Assembly: GCF_001194135.2 (NCBI RefSeq)
Contig: NC_068981.1
Coordinates: forward strand, 162,187,758-162,247,628
DNA: 59,871 nucleotides
Direction of reading: 5' to 3'
Source of the DNA: Octopus bimaculoides
Taxonomy: Eukaryota
A program made the translations under genes and the position numbers. This document shows, piece by piece, positions 24,052 to 36,419 of this stretch. The number at the start of each line of letters is the position of its first letter. The first letter of the stretch is position 1. The notes beneath the pieces were generated by a model that saw only the letters and a list, made by a program, of their open reading frames with translations, was not told the origin of the DNA and did no database searches.

Positions 24052-24658
24052 GAGGGAGAAAATGTAATTATTCTTTGGGACTTCCCAGTATGTACAGACC
24101 AGTCCATCAAAGCAAATAAACCAGATATTGTTGTGAAAGACCAAAACAATAAAGTCTGTTTATTGATTGACATGAGCAATTCCTGCAACTATAATATCTC
24201 AGCGAAAGAATTTGATAAGCTCAGACAATATAAAGATTTGTTAATTGAAATCAAAAAGATGTGGCATCCCAGGATGGTTACAATACCAGTGATTGTAGGA
24301 GCACTTGGAATGATTAAAAAAGAAATTGAAAATTATTTGCAGATGATCCCTAGCTTACCATATATGCAGGAAGTGCAAAAAATTGTCTTGACTTGTACAT
24401 CACATGTATTGAGAAGAACATTGTCCCCGTGATTTTCTTTCCTTTTACCCCTTATTTTCTTTGCTTTCTTTTTTCATTTTTTTTTCTTTTTTTCCTTCTT
24501 TCCTTTGTCTTTCTTCCTATTTTTTTCTGTCACATAACTTTGTAAATGAACAATTTGGTGTGTTTATTTTAATGCCCTACCAATGTATACAGTGATTTTC
24601 TTTGCCTAAGATGTTGGGAAGACACTTGGCAAGAAATGGAAACAAGATTGAAAGAAGA
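24052..24658 (+). mobile_element. R4/Dong-like RLE LINE 3' end inserted in (TAA)n
   Basis: WDFPVCTDQSIKANKPDIVVKDQNNKVCLLIDMS...KEFDKLRQYKDLLIEIKKMW...IPVIVGALG...HVLRRTLS* followed by a T-rich 3' UTR. A (TAA)n tract lies at 23981-24051 and TAA/TGA repeats follow the 3' end. Confidence 0.9.
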
Positions 24659-25010
24659 TAATGATGATAACAATAATGATATACCCATTTTTTATTTTGC
24701 CACAAGAGTCCATGTCAAATTTATTTCTAACATTCATATTAGTTGATCTTTATTTTGTGGGATTTTCTGTTTCTTTATATGTCCAGTTCTTGCAGGAATT
24801 TGGATCTGAGGTGATTTTATTGTGAAAAATGTAGCAACTATGGTGTCTGCCATGTTTCACCTGATGGCTTATTCAACCATTTGAATCAAAGTGATTAAGT
24901 AGCCCTTTAATGAAATAGTATTTTGCATACATGCATACATATATATATAAAGATGTATATTATATAGAGATATATGTTTTATATATATATATATATAAAC
25001 ATATACATAT

Positions 25011-25145
25011 ATAATTATAATTAAGGGCACAGAAAAATCTAGCCTATATGCTGAAAAGAGATGCCAAATCATCCAATTTGTTATGATTTAGCGTCTCTTT
25101 TCAGCATATAGGCTAGATTTTTTATGTGCCCTTAATTATAATTAT
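25011..25145. repeat. Near-perfect palindrome (~62-bp arms, 10-nt loop)
   Basis: ataattataattaagggcacagaaaaatctagcctatatgctgaaaagagatgccaaatcat pairs with atgatttagcgtctcttttcagcatataggctagattttttatgtgcccttaattataattat. Confidence 0.9.
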
Positions 25146-26084
25146 AAATATGATTTCACCTTAATAGGTCTATTTTTATATGCTGGCCACCAATAACATT
25201 TTTAAAGATTTTATCCTTTATTATGTATATATATATATATATGCACACAGAGTGTTACATAACAATATAAATCATACATATAAGAGTATCAACAATGTAT
25301 ACCATTAAAAGACTGTAATTTGAATTATATGAAACAATAATTACTGCTGATATATCGATAATGATGTGATGATAATTAGTACACTTTTCATTATTCTCAT
25401 ATCAATTGATGATAACATTTTTCTTTAATATTCTTTGTCTCAGAATCAAAGTTCACAGATGACTTGATATGTGTACTCCACACTTATAAATACTCTCTTC
25501 ATCTACTTGTTTTTCTTTAAGTTTCCTTCTCCTTGTCTTTGAGAAGAACAGCTTCTTAGTTCAATGATGCAAATTTCCTGTTTTAAAGTTATCAAAATTA
25601 AAACTTCCCATTAAAATTTCACGCTAATTTATGTTGCAAACACTAGATTAATAATGACTAAATCATTTTACAAAATTGTTCATTATTTTCAAAATTGCTT
25701 GAAACAAAGGCAGTGAATTTCAACAGAAATATTGTAACAAAAGAATTAAATGTCCTCCAAATGGAAGGAAATGACCATACAATGCTTTTGTTGCAATCAA
25801 TCAAACTGGGACATATTTTGAACAGTTCTTCCTCCTTGATTTCCTCAGTCAACAGTATGGAATCCATTTTTCCTTCTCAAAGACTTTTGTTCAGAATAAA
25901 CTTTATTTAACACACAATATTATTAAAGTCAGCAAAATCTGCTGCACCCTCCAATAAATCTTCCAATTGCTTGCTTTCCCTCTTTCTTTTCTTATAGTTT
26001 TTCTTCTCTAAATCATCTATCTTTTCCCCTCATTTTCATTCTCTCAGTCTGCTCTCTCTTCCTTGTCTTCTCTTAATCCTATCC

Positions 26085-26115
<31 letters not shown>

Positions 26116-26654
26116 TATTTATTTATTTCTTTATTTGTTATTTCTTTCTTCCTTTCATCTCTCAATTATCTCCTCTCGTTTTCTTCATCTCTTGTCCCCT
26201 CACCTTTCTCTCCCAAACAATTCTTCTCTTTTCTTTCTCTTAATCATCTCTGTGTCTCTCTAAATGATATGAAGTTGATAAACATCACACCCAATCTATC
26301 ATCTACATCATCAATACACTTCACAGTTCAATGGCTGTATGAGCACTAAAGGACAGAAATACAGAGCAGATATTCAGCAAGGCCAAATGATTTAACCCTC
26401 CATCAGCTGAGAGAAATTTGTTTGTCAAACTAATTATAGATGTTCATCAAAAGAATCATCACAGAAGATGTGGTTAGAGATGAAAGATACTGCTATATCA
26501 AACACATACATACGCACAATACATATATATTCATCAATATATATATTCATTAGTATATTCAAATATATAATTTATATATCCAAGTATATATATATATATA
26601 TATATATATAGATAGATAGATAGATANNNNNNNNNNNNNNNNNNNNNNNNNNNN

Positions 26655-26712
<58 letters not shown>

Positions 26713-27205
26713 AATGTTAAATCTCTGAACGAGGTATTAACAGTAACGTTCACACACACACACACGTATATAATCATGAAATCTTCATTAGTTTAATGTT
26801 TACTTTTCCAGAATAGAATATACAGGGCTTGATTTTTCTATAGACAGATGCCCATCCTGTCACCAACCTGACTTGATAATCAGTTTATTTAACAACAAAC
26901 AGCCCAGACATGTTCACGTGTTGAACCAGAAACAACCGACATCATTAGTGAAGTCGTTATTTACTATCAATGAAGGAACGTATATATATATATATGTATG
27001 TATGTATATGTGTGTGTGTGTGTTTGTGTATAGGCAAAGGAAGTAGAAAATTACTCATACAAACTCACATATGGACCCTTGCCATATGTGTTTGTGTGTG
27101 TATGTATGTGTGTATATGTGTGTGTGAATGTATGTGCATTTGTGTGTGTATGTGTGTGTGTACGTTTGTATGTGTGTATGCATGTGTGTGTGTATGTGTG
27201 TGTTA

Positions 27206-27257
<52 letters not shown>

Positions 27258-27705
27258 ATATGTATAAGTATTCATTGTTGTTTATGCAAATGTCCCAAGG
27301 CTGATTGCTCAATCTACTGCACTACTCCAGATCAAAGTTCGGCGTTTCTCCACTGGTTTTAATATCATTTTCTACTCTGTATATCTATCTGTACATAATA
27401 GGGTACAGGCTTGACAGTTATGAAGTATTGAATTCAATCCAACTGCATGATACCTTGGGCAAGTGTCTTCTACTATAGCTCTAGGCCAACCAGACTTGTG
27501 AGTGGATTTGGTAGATAACGCCGGGCGAAATGCTTAGCGGTATTTCGTCTGCCGTTACATTCTCAGTTCAAATTCCTCCAAGGTCAACTTCGCCTTTCAT
27601 CCTTTCATCTCTATAAAAAAGTTGTAGTGTTCTATTGATGTTACACAGCCTGTACCATTCCGTTGTCAAGAGCACAATAATGGCATACTGCTTTTGTTTG
27701 TCTTC

Positions 27706-27861
27706 TATATATTGCAAGCGGGAGCGGACTCTTGCCATCTCTCTAGCGGTTGGGCATTTGTGACTACAGATCAGCGCAAATAACCTGAAACTGAGTTGGT
27801 CTCACAATCCTGTCAGCTGCTGGAGGATGGTAGAGATTAGCTCCCTTGCTTGCAATATATA
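27706..27861. mobile_element. Small MITE-like fold-back
   Basis: Termini tatatattgcaagcgggagc / gctcccttgcttgcaatatata, with imperfect pairing continuing inward. Confidence 0.5.
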
Positions 27862-28326
27862 CAGGGTGCTGGCTGTACCTACAATAAGCTGGCAGAAGAT
27901 CTGCCTGCGGTTAAAACGGTAGTAACATCAAACAGCCATATTGATGTGGCAATTAACTTTACTTGTTAGAACCCATTATTTGCCTGCAATAAAGAATAGG
28001 CAGAAAAGTCAGTATTGAGGAAAAGTTACTCAACAACTCATAATTAATTCAAACAACCTATGGTAATTAATTAAAAGAATTGTGTTAACTTTTGCATTAC
28101 TTTCAGTACAACCCTTGTATATTATGTGTGTAGGTGTGTGTTTGTGTGTGTGTTAGAGGTGTAGGTGTGGCTGTGTGGTTAAGTAGTTTGCTTCCCAACC
28201 ACATCGTTTTGGGTTCAGTCTCACTGTGTGGTACCATCTTCAGCAAGTATTTTTTTTCACAATAGCCCTGGGTTAGCTACAGCCTTATGAGTGGATTTGG
28301 TAGACAGAAACTGAAAGAAGTCTGTA

Positions 28327-28391
<65 letters not shown>

Positions 28392-28804
28392 TGTGTGTGT
28401 GTTTTTGTGTAATTCATTTTCAGTATGCTTCAAAGACACATCTGGCCTTTTGAGAAATATTACTTTGCTTGGAAACAGATAACGTTTGATGACAGGAAGG
28501 GTATCTAGCCATAGAAAATCCACTTCAATAAACTCTATTCAACCTATAGATTTTAAAATCATGACAACAATGACAATGATGATATTGATGATATGTATGT
28601 ATATATTCATATGTGATGTCTTGTACCCATATATGCATGTATGTATACATATAGATGTAGGTATGTACATATATATATATGGATATATGCATATATCTAT
28701 ATATTTATATTATGCACATATATAAACATACATACATATGAATGAGAGATCCTTCGACTCCTCTTGATCAATCAGTCTTCATTACATGAGGTCAGCATAA
28801 CTGG

Positions 28805-28872
<68 letters not shown>

Positions 28873-29149
28873 CATTATTATTATTATTATCATCATCATT
28901 ATCAATAGTAATATTACACAACAATCTGAAGTACTGAAACTAATTAGTGTCTAGTTTATAGAAGCAAAGAATAGAATTCTGTGCTAATTATTCATTGTCA
29001 GGTCATATATTGATTATGCTTATTACAAGTGACAAGATCAATAATTCATACACAGTTTCTCGGTGTTGTAAAGCAACCTGGACTACATATCTGTTTCCTG
29101 ATGGCCATAACTCTTTCTCTGCTGTGTCAGCTTGCTGAGTCAAAAGAGG

Positions 29150-29620
29150 CTGGGTTGGTTGATTGGTTGGCTTACTTGTTGGCTAGTTGGTTGGTTGGTT
29201 GGTTGGTTGGTTGGTTGGCTAGTTGGTTGGTTGGTTGGTTGGCTGGTTGTTAGCTGGTTAGTTGGTTGGTTGGTTGGCTTATTGGTTGGTTAGTTGGTTG
29301 ATTGGTTGGATGGATGGTTGATTGGTTGGTTGGTTGGTTTGTTGGCTGGTTNNNNNNNNNNNNNNNNNNNNNNNNNNNNNNNNNNNNNNNNNNNNNNNNN
29401 NNNNNNNNNNNNNNNNNNNNNNNNNNNNNNNNNNNNNNNNNNNNNNNNNNNNNNNNNNNNNNNNNNNNNNNNNNNNNNNNNNNNNNNNNNNNNNNNNNNN
29501 NNNNNNNNNNNNNNNNNNNNNGGCTGGTTGGCTGGTTGGTTGGTTGGTTGGTTGGTTGGTTGGTTGGTTGGTTGGCCAGTTGGTTGGTTGGCCAGTTGGT
29601 TGGCTGGCTGGCTGGCTGAC
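29150..29620. repeat. (GGTT/GGCT)n tetranucleotide microsatellite containing an assembly gap
   Basis: Direct reading; a similar short tract lies at 6590-6672. Confidence 0.95.
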
Positions 29621-30999
29621 TGACTGGCTGGTCAGTTTATTGATGACCAGCTGAAATCAGTTGGTGGTTCATATATTTGGTTGATAGACTTAATTTAGTA
29701 CCTGGGTTAACACCATGATCATCTGTTTAACACCACTGAAATCATGTGATCTCAAAGTTTGATATTACTGCATTGTATCTTGGGCAAGTATCTCGGTATC
29801 TTGCACAAGTGTCTGTCACCATAGATTCAGATTGTGAGTGGAATTGGGAAAAGAAAAGTTGTGGAAATGTCTATCAAATGCCCTGTTTCTGTTCTTGGAT
29901 AAAAGCTTTGAATTGCCATCCAGATTACCGCCACTAATTGAATTTCAGGACAGATTGCAAGCATTCAAATTGGTTCCCCAGTCAGAAGACAACTTTCTCA
30001 CTGTAATTTTGGATGTCCTGTAAAAAGTTTAATTTTGGGCACAAGTATGACTGAGTGATAAGAAGTTTGCATCCCAGCCACACAGTTTCAGGTTCAGTCC
30101 CACTATGTGGTATTTTGGGTAAGTGTCTTCTACTATAGCCCTGGAATAATCAAAGCCCAAGTGCGGATGTATTTTACTATAGCCTTGGGCTGACTAAAGC
30201 CTTGTGAGTGGATTCAGTAGACAGAAAATTAAATAAGTCTGGCATGTAAAAAGCACCATTCAAGCGTGGTCGATGCCAGTACTAGCTGACTGGCCCTCAT
30301 GCCAGTGGCACATAAAAAGCACCTATGACACTCTTGGAGTGGTTGACATTAGGAAGAGCAACCAGCTGTAGAAACCTTGCCAGATCAGATTGGAGCCTGG
30401 TACAGCTTTCTGTCTCGCCAGTCCTCAGTCAAACTGTCCAACCCATGCCAGCCTGGAAAGCAGATGTTAAACGACAACAACGACGATGATATTCCATTCA
30501 CTTGTGTGTTGCAATTCCATGTTTCAGAAGTTGTGACTATTATTGATAATGCTTGGAATTTCCACAGAGAAGAGCATATATATATTTTAAGGATCTTAGG
30601 TTTATCACTTATGGTGAAGAAATTTGTTCAAGGCAGCAGCACCAGCATGGTTACAAACTGAACTCCATATTCACATAGCCATGCCTGCTCCTTGTCACTC
30701 GTTCATTTCATTCAGTCATTGTTTAATGCCTGCCTTTCCATGCTTGCATGGATCAGATGGAATTTATTGAGGCAGATTTTCCTACAGCCAGATGCTCTTC
30801 CTGTTGCTAACATTCACACCAACCTCTTTCTAAGCAAGGCAACTCTCCTCTATTACCAGACATGTTTTTTTTATGGAAGACAACATTGCCTGTATGAATG
30901 GGATGCTTATTCACAACCATCACATGACAAGGGCACACATAAATAGACACACACACATGCACACACATATGCACACATACATACACACACACACATATA

Positions 31000-32212
31000 C
31001 AGAGTGTGGATGGTATTTGAGGACATTTCGTTTTTAGTTCATTACACCTTCAAATTATTTAATGTATCATTTTGTTTTTTCAGATAACCCTTTCAAGATA
31101 TGATGCTAATTCAAGAAAGAAAAAAACATGCAGTCATAGTTGCTATACATGCAAACCACAGTGATTTAGAAATTAGCAACTTTCTAAATGTTGCAAGATC
31201 ATTTGTGCCCAAAGTTCAGTTGGAATTGGAGGCATGTAATGGTAATGTTTCACCAGTATCAAAGAGAAAAAAATTCATAATGCTCAGGCACTAAAAGGAC
31301 ACCGGAATTTATACAACACATCCAAAACTTTATCGATGAAAATCACAGATCAATTAGGTCCATTGCTAAAGAACTTCAGGTATGAGAGTGGACTATCAGA
31401 ACTGTGGTACATCATGACATTTGATACAAGTCCTATGTAATGAGGAAAAGCTAATTTGTGTCTGCAGAGACATGGGAAAACCGTTTCATCTGTTCAAAAT
31501 GGTTACTCAACAAAGCTGAAAACCCTCCTGAACAAAGCATGCTTTGGTTTTTCTCTGATGAAAAAATCTTTGGCCAGGAGCAAAAGTCTAACAGAGGAAA
31601 TGACAGATGGTTATGTGCAGATCCATGCTTGCATGGATCAGATGGAATTTGTTGAGGCAGATTTTCCTACAGCCAGATGCTCTTCCTGTTGCTAACATTC
31701 ACACCAAACTCTTTCTAAGCAAAGCAACTCTCCTCTATTACCAGGGATACACATGAAATTTCCAGCAACTCTGATGGTTTGAGGAGTGGTGAGTAGTGAA
31801 GGTCATGTGATGACTCCCAACTTTTTTCCACAGGGTCTTAGAATTAATGTTGCTAGATACATTGTTATCAAGCTCTGGAGTGATGAAGTATGCAATGGAA
31901 GGCCACACGTTTTCCAAAAAGACTCAGCACCTTCTCATAGAGCCCTAGTCACCCAGAGAAGGTTGTCAGACAATCTTTACGATTATCTAACACCCAATAT
32001 GTGGCCTCCAAACTCGTGTCAGCATGCCAGCGGTTTCGGTCCTGCATTGATGCAGTCATCGAAGCCAAAGGCGGTTTCATAGAATAATTTGCTTAAAAAA
32101 TCATTATCAAGACTAATTTCACAAATGTTTATACAAATACATATTTATTTATGCTGAAATATAGTTGTTTTATCGTATACCAAAACTGTCCTCCAATACC
32201 CCTTGCACCCTG
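31000..32212 (+). mobile_element. Tc1/mariner maT-like (DD37D-type) transposon, decayed
   Basis: TIRs cagagtgtggatggtatttgaggaca / tgtcctccaataccccttgcaccctg with TA flanks. Fragments are MMLIQERKKHAVIVAIHANHSDLEISNFL, WFFSDEKIFGQEQKSNRGNDRWL, KFPATLMV-GVVSSEG, FQKDSAPSH and WPPNS. Confidence 0.9.
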
Positions 32213-32245
<33 letters not shown>

Positions 32246-33050
32246 TGGTTTTAGGAAGAACATCCAGCTGTAAAAACTCTGCTTGCCTGGCCAACTCCTG
32301 TCAAACAGTCAAACCCATGACAGCATGCTAGAAGGATGNNNNNNNNNNNNNNNNNNNNNNNNNNNNNNNNNNNNNNNNNNNNNNNNNNNNNNNNNNNNNN
32401 NNNNNNNNNNNNNNNNNNNNNNNNNNNNNNNNNNNNNNNNNNNNNNNNNNNNNNNNNNNNNNNNNNNNNNNNNNNNNNNNNNNNNNNNNNNNNNNNNNNN
32501 NNNNNNNNNNNNNNNNNNNNNNNNNNNNNNNNNNNNNNNNNNNNNNNNNNNNNNNNNNNNNNNNNNNNNNNNNNNNNNNNNNNNNNNNNNNNNNNNNNNN
32601 NNNNNNNNNNNNNNNNNNNNNNNNNNNNNNNNNNNNNNNNNNNNNNNNNNNNNNNNNNNNNNNNNNNNNNNNNNNNNNNNNNNNNNNNNNNNNNNNNNNN
32701 NNNNNNNNNNNNNNNNNNNNNNNNNNNNNNNNNNNNNNNNNNNNNNNNNNNNNNNNNNNNNNNNNNNNNNNNNNNNNNNNNNNNNNNNNNNNNNNNNNNN
32801 NNNNNNNNNNNNNNNNNNNNNNNNNNNNNNNNNNNNNNNNNNNNNNNNNNNNNNNNNNNNNNNNNNNNNNNNNNNNNNTATATATATCATTATCATCATC
32901 ATCATCATCATCAGTTAAAGTCTGTTGTCCATACTGGCATGGGTTGGACAGTTTGACCAGGGCTGGTAAACTAAGGGGCTGCACCAGACTCCAGTCTGAT
33001 TTGGCATGGTTTCTATGGCTGGATGACTTTCCAGATTTTCCTATAGGCAA

Positions 33051-33470
33051 AGGCGTGGCTGTGTGGTAAGAAGCCTGCTTCCCAACTGCATAGTTCCAGG
33101 TTCAGTCCCACTGCATAGTACCTTGGACAAGTGTCTTCTACCATAGCTTCGGGCCAACCAAAGCTTTGTGAGTGGATTTGGTGGACGGAAACTGAAAGAA
33201 GACCATGTTATATATATGTATATATGTATGTATGTATATATTTGTGTGTTTGTCTGTGTTTGTCCTTCCACTATCGCTTGACAACCGATGTTGGTGTGTT
33301 TATATCCCTATAACCTAGCAGTTTGGCAAAAGAGACCAATGGAATAAGTACCAGGCTTACGAAGAATAAGTCCTGAGGTCAATTTCTTCAACTAAAACCC
33401 CTTAAGGTGGTGCTCCAGCATGGTCGCAGTCAAATGACTGAAACAAATAAAAGAATAAAAGAGTAAAAGA
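33051..33470 (+). mobile_element. tRNA-derived SINE family A (head + internal microsatellite + tail)
   Basis: Head gtggctgtgtggtaagaagc...ggttcagtcccactg, internal (TA)/(TG) tract, tail ...cagtcaaatgactgaaac...aaaagagtaaaaga. Partial copies lie at about 8415-8600(-), 20165-20320(-), 21545-21720(-), 27400-27517(+), 28160-28330(+), 30045-30240(+), 42450-42810(+) and 47965-48230(-). Confidence 0.85.
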
Positions 33471-33980
33471 ATGTATATATACCTAAACACATGCATATAC
33501 TGATATTTATACATGGCCATGGACTGTCAATTCAATTCATCTTCAGTTTGATCCAGGAACTTATGCTCATTAAAACTGGTCTAAAGAGAAACAAAACCAC
33601 CACCAGCACCACCACCACCAGCACCAACAACAACAACAACAACTCAACTGACTCCTTGCCCCACCCCAACATCTGAAATTAGGCTGTTAAGTATTGACCT
33701 GACCTTGCAGCATATAAATTATAGGGTAAGCCAACACTGTACAGTCTCTTCTGACATTAACAATAGCCACAGTAATAACAAAGGCAGTGAAAAGGGAGGT
33801 GGGCAGGCTGTTCCCTAAAACCATTTTGGCAGATAGTGATCAGTTGATAATTTCCCTAAGGCTCACTTTTATTTATTGATTTATTTACTTGGGTCACCAA
33901 ATTCTACTTGCCAGTCTGCCACTTCGTTGGCTAGTCTGTCTAATTCTCTCTCACACTCTCTCTCTCTCTCTCTCTCTCTC

Positions 33981-34040
<60 letters not shown>

Positions 34041-34175
34041 TGTCTGTGTATACATACGGATTTATCTATCTGTCTATGTATCATCTACTCATCTATCTAT
34101 CTACACATTTGCTTATTTGTCTGTCTCTATCTATCTCTCTATCTCTCACACACACTCTCTCTGTGTGTATGTATA

Positions 34176-34239
<64 letters not shown>

Positions 34240-35736
34240 NNNNNNNNNNNNNNNNNNNNNNNNNNNNNNNNNNNNNNNNNNNNNNNNNNNNNNNNNNNNN
34301 NNNNNNNNNNNNNNNNNNNNNNNNNNNNNNNNNNNNNNNNNNNNNNNNNNNNNNNNNNNNNNNNNNNNNNNNNNNNNNNNNNNNNNNNNNNNNNNNNNNN
34401 NNNNNNNNNNNNNNNNNNNNNNNNNNNNNNNNNNNNNNNNNNNNNNNNNNNNNNNNNNNNNNNNNNNNNNNNNNNNNNNNNNNNNNNNNNNNNNNNNNNN
34501 NNNNNAGGAGGGGGAGGAGAATTTTGTTAGTCTATCTTCAATTTTCAAACAGGAAAGAAAAAAAACATGTGCCTTGCTATGAACTGACAAAACTAGAAGT
34601 ATGTCAGAAAAATATTATTAATGAGAATCGTTAATATGCTGAATAAAATATCTAGTAGTATTTTAGTTAAGACCCTTTAAATTCTGAGTTCAAATTCTGT
34701 TGAGATCCAATTTACATGTCATCCTTCCTGGAGCAATAAAATAAAGAAAGCACCAATCAGGTACAGGGTCCAATTTAATCAACCATAACGCTGTCTCAAA
34801 ATTTGAAGCTTTGGGCCAATGTTAAGGACATCTTTTGGTCATGAATGACCATGGGATTGCACTGAGCAAGTTCGCCTCCATGGCACAAGTCCCAGCAAGG
34901 TTGTTTATAGAAGACCAGCAGTCACCCATGCAAATCAACCTTCCCTCTCCATGCCACCAATGTTGTCCAAGGTAAAGGCAAAGGCGGATACAGCTTGGTG
35001 CCAGTGATGGCAAAACTCATTTCTATGGCTGAGTGAACTGGAGCAACATGAAATAAAGTGACTTGCTCAAGGACACAACATACTGTCCGGTCTGGGAATC
35101 GAATTCACTACCTCATGATTGTGAGCCCAATGTTCAAACCACTAAGCCATGTACCTTCACTGTACCAATATTACAAATCAATATATTCTTTTATATTTGA
35201 TATCCCAAACCCATACAATGGATCAGCTCTGCCTTTTATCTCTCAGAGCAATACCACATCACTTCTCTTTCAGCAATTGGTCTGTATGCTTTAGTAAGAA
35301 ATCATTAAACTAACTCAACCAAATAGAAAGTACCCTCATAAATCTTGCCATTCACAAATTCATGATAACCACCATACAGTTCCAAAGAAGTCTTAAACAT
35401 ATAATGATTATTAACACAACCATTCTTTAACATCAGTCATTTCCTTGGAATCTGGATTTTACCCTTATTCTTCTATCAGAATCATGTTTTCATTTTCAAC
35501 CTTGTACTTTTAATATGTCAGACTAACAGGCTAATTCTGTAATCATATAAATTCTAGCAGGAATGTATTTGCTGAAGTCATGGATTCATGTGTACAGTTA
35601 ACAAGACATTGCATAATTCCAATATTAAATAATTCCAATATTTTTCAAATGCATTTGTGTGGTTTCTCAAGATGGCCAAGAAAACAATTAGCTTCATCCT
35701 CTTCCTCCTTCTCCTTCTTCTCATCGTTGTTGATTT

Positions 35737-35793
<57 letters not shown>

Positions 35794-36419
35794 TACCAAT
35801 GCCCTGATGCAGTACCAGGCAGTGTGTTTCATGGCTTCTCATCTTAACTGATTGGAAGTATTATCATGCACATAGTTTTGTCTTGGTATAAAAGATGGGC
35901 TACAGCAAATATTATTCTGCATAATACCACAGATTTGCTTGTCAGTTGTTTGACCTTAACCAGTTGAGCATGTCCCTTGGTGACTGACGATATGTGCATT
36001 TCTGATCACGAGCAGAAGTAGTGGGGGAGCATCATAGCCATGTACTGAGAGGAATTCTTTGGGGTTTGAATAATTCACCTTTGGAAATGGTTTCAAATTT
36101 TGGCACAAGGCCAACAATTTCAGGAAGGGAAAAAGTTGGTTACAACCTCAGTATTCAACTGGTACTTATTTTATTGACTTAAATAGGATGAAAGGTAAAA
36201 TCAACCTTGGCAAAATTTGAATTCAAAATGTGAAGATGGACGAAATGCTGCTGAGCATTTTGCTTGTTGTGTTAACAATTCTGCCAGCTTGTCATGTTAA
36301 GCATTTCATCTGCCTCCCTAGTGATTTTGCCAGTGGACCACTCTAATAATTGTAATGATGATGATAATGATGATGATGGTGGTGGTGGTGGTGGTGATAA
36401 CAAAGAGTAAAAATGATTT

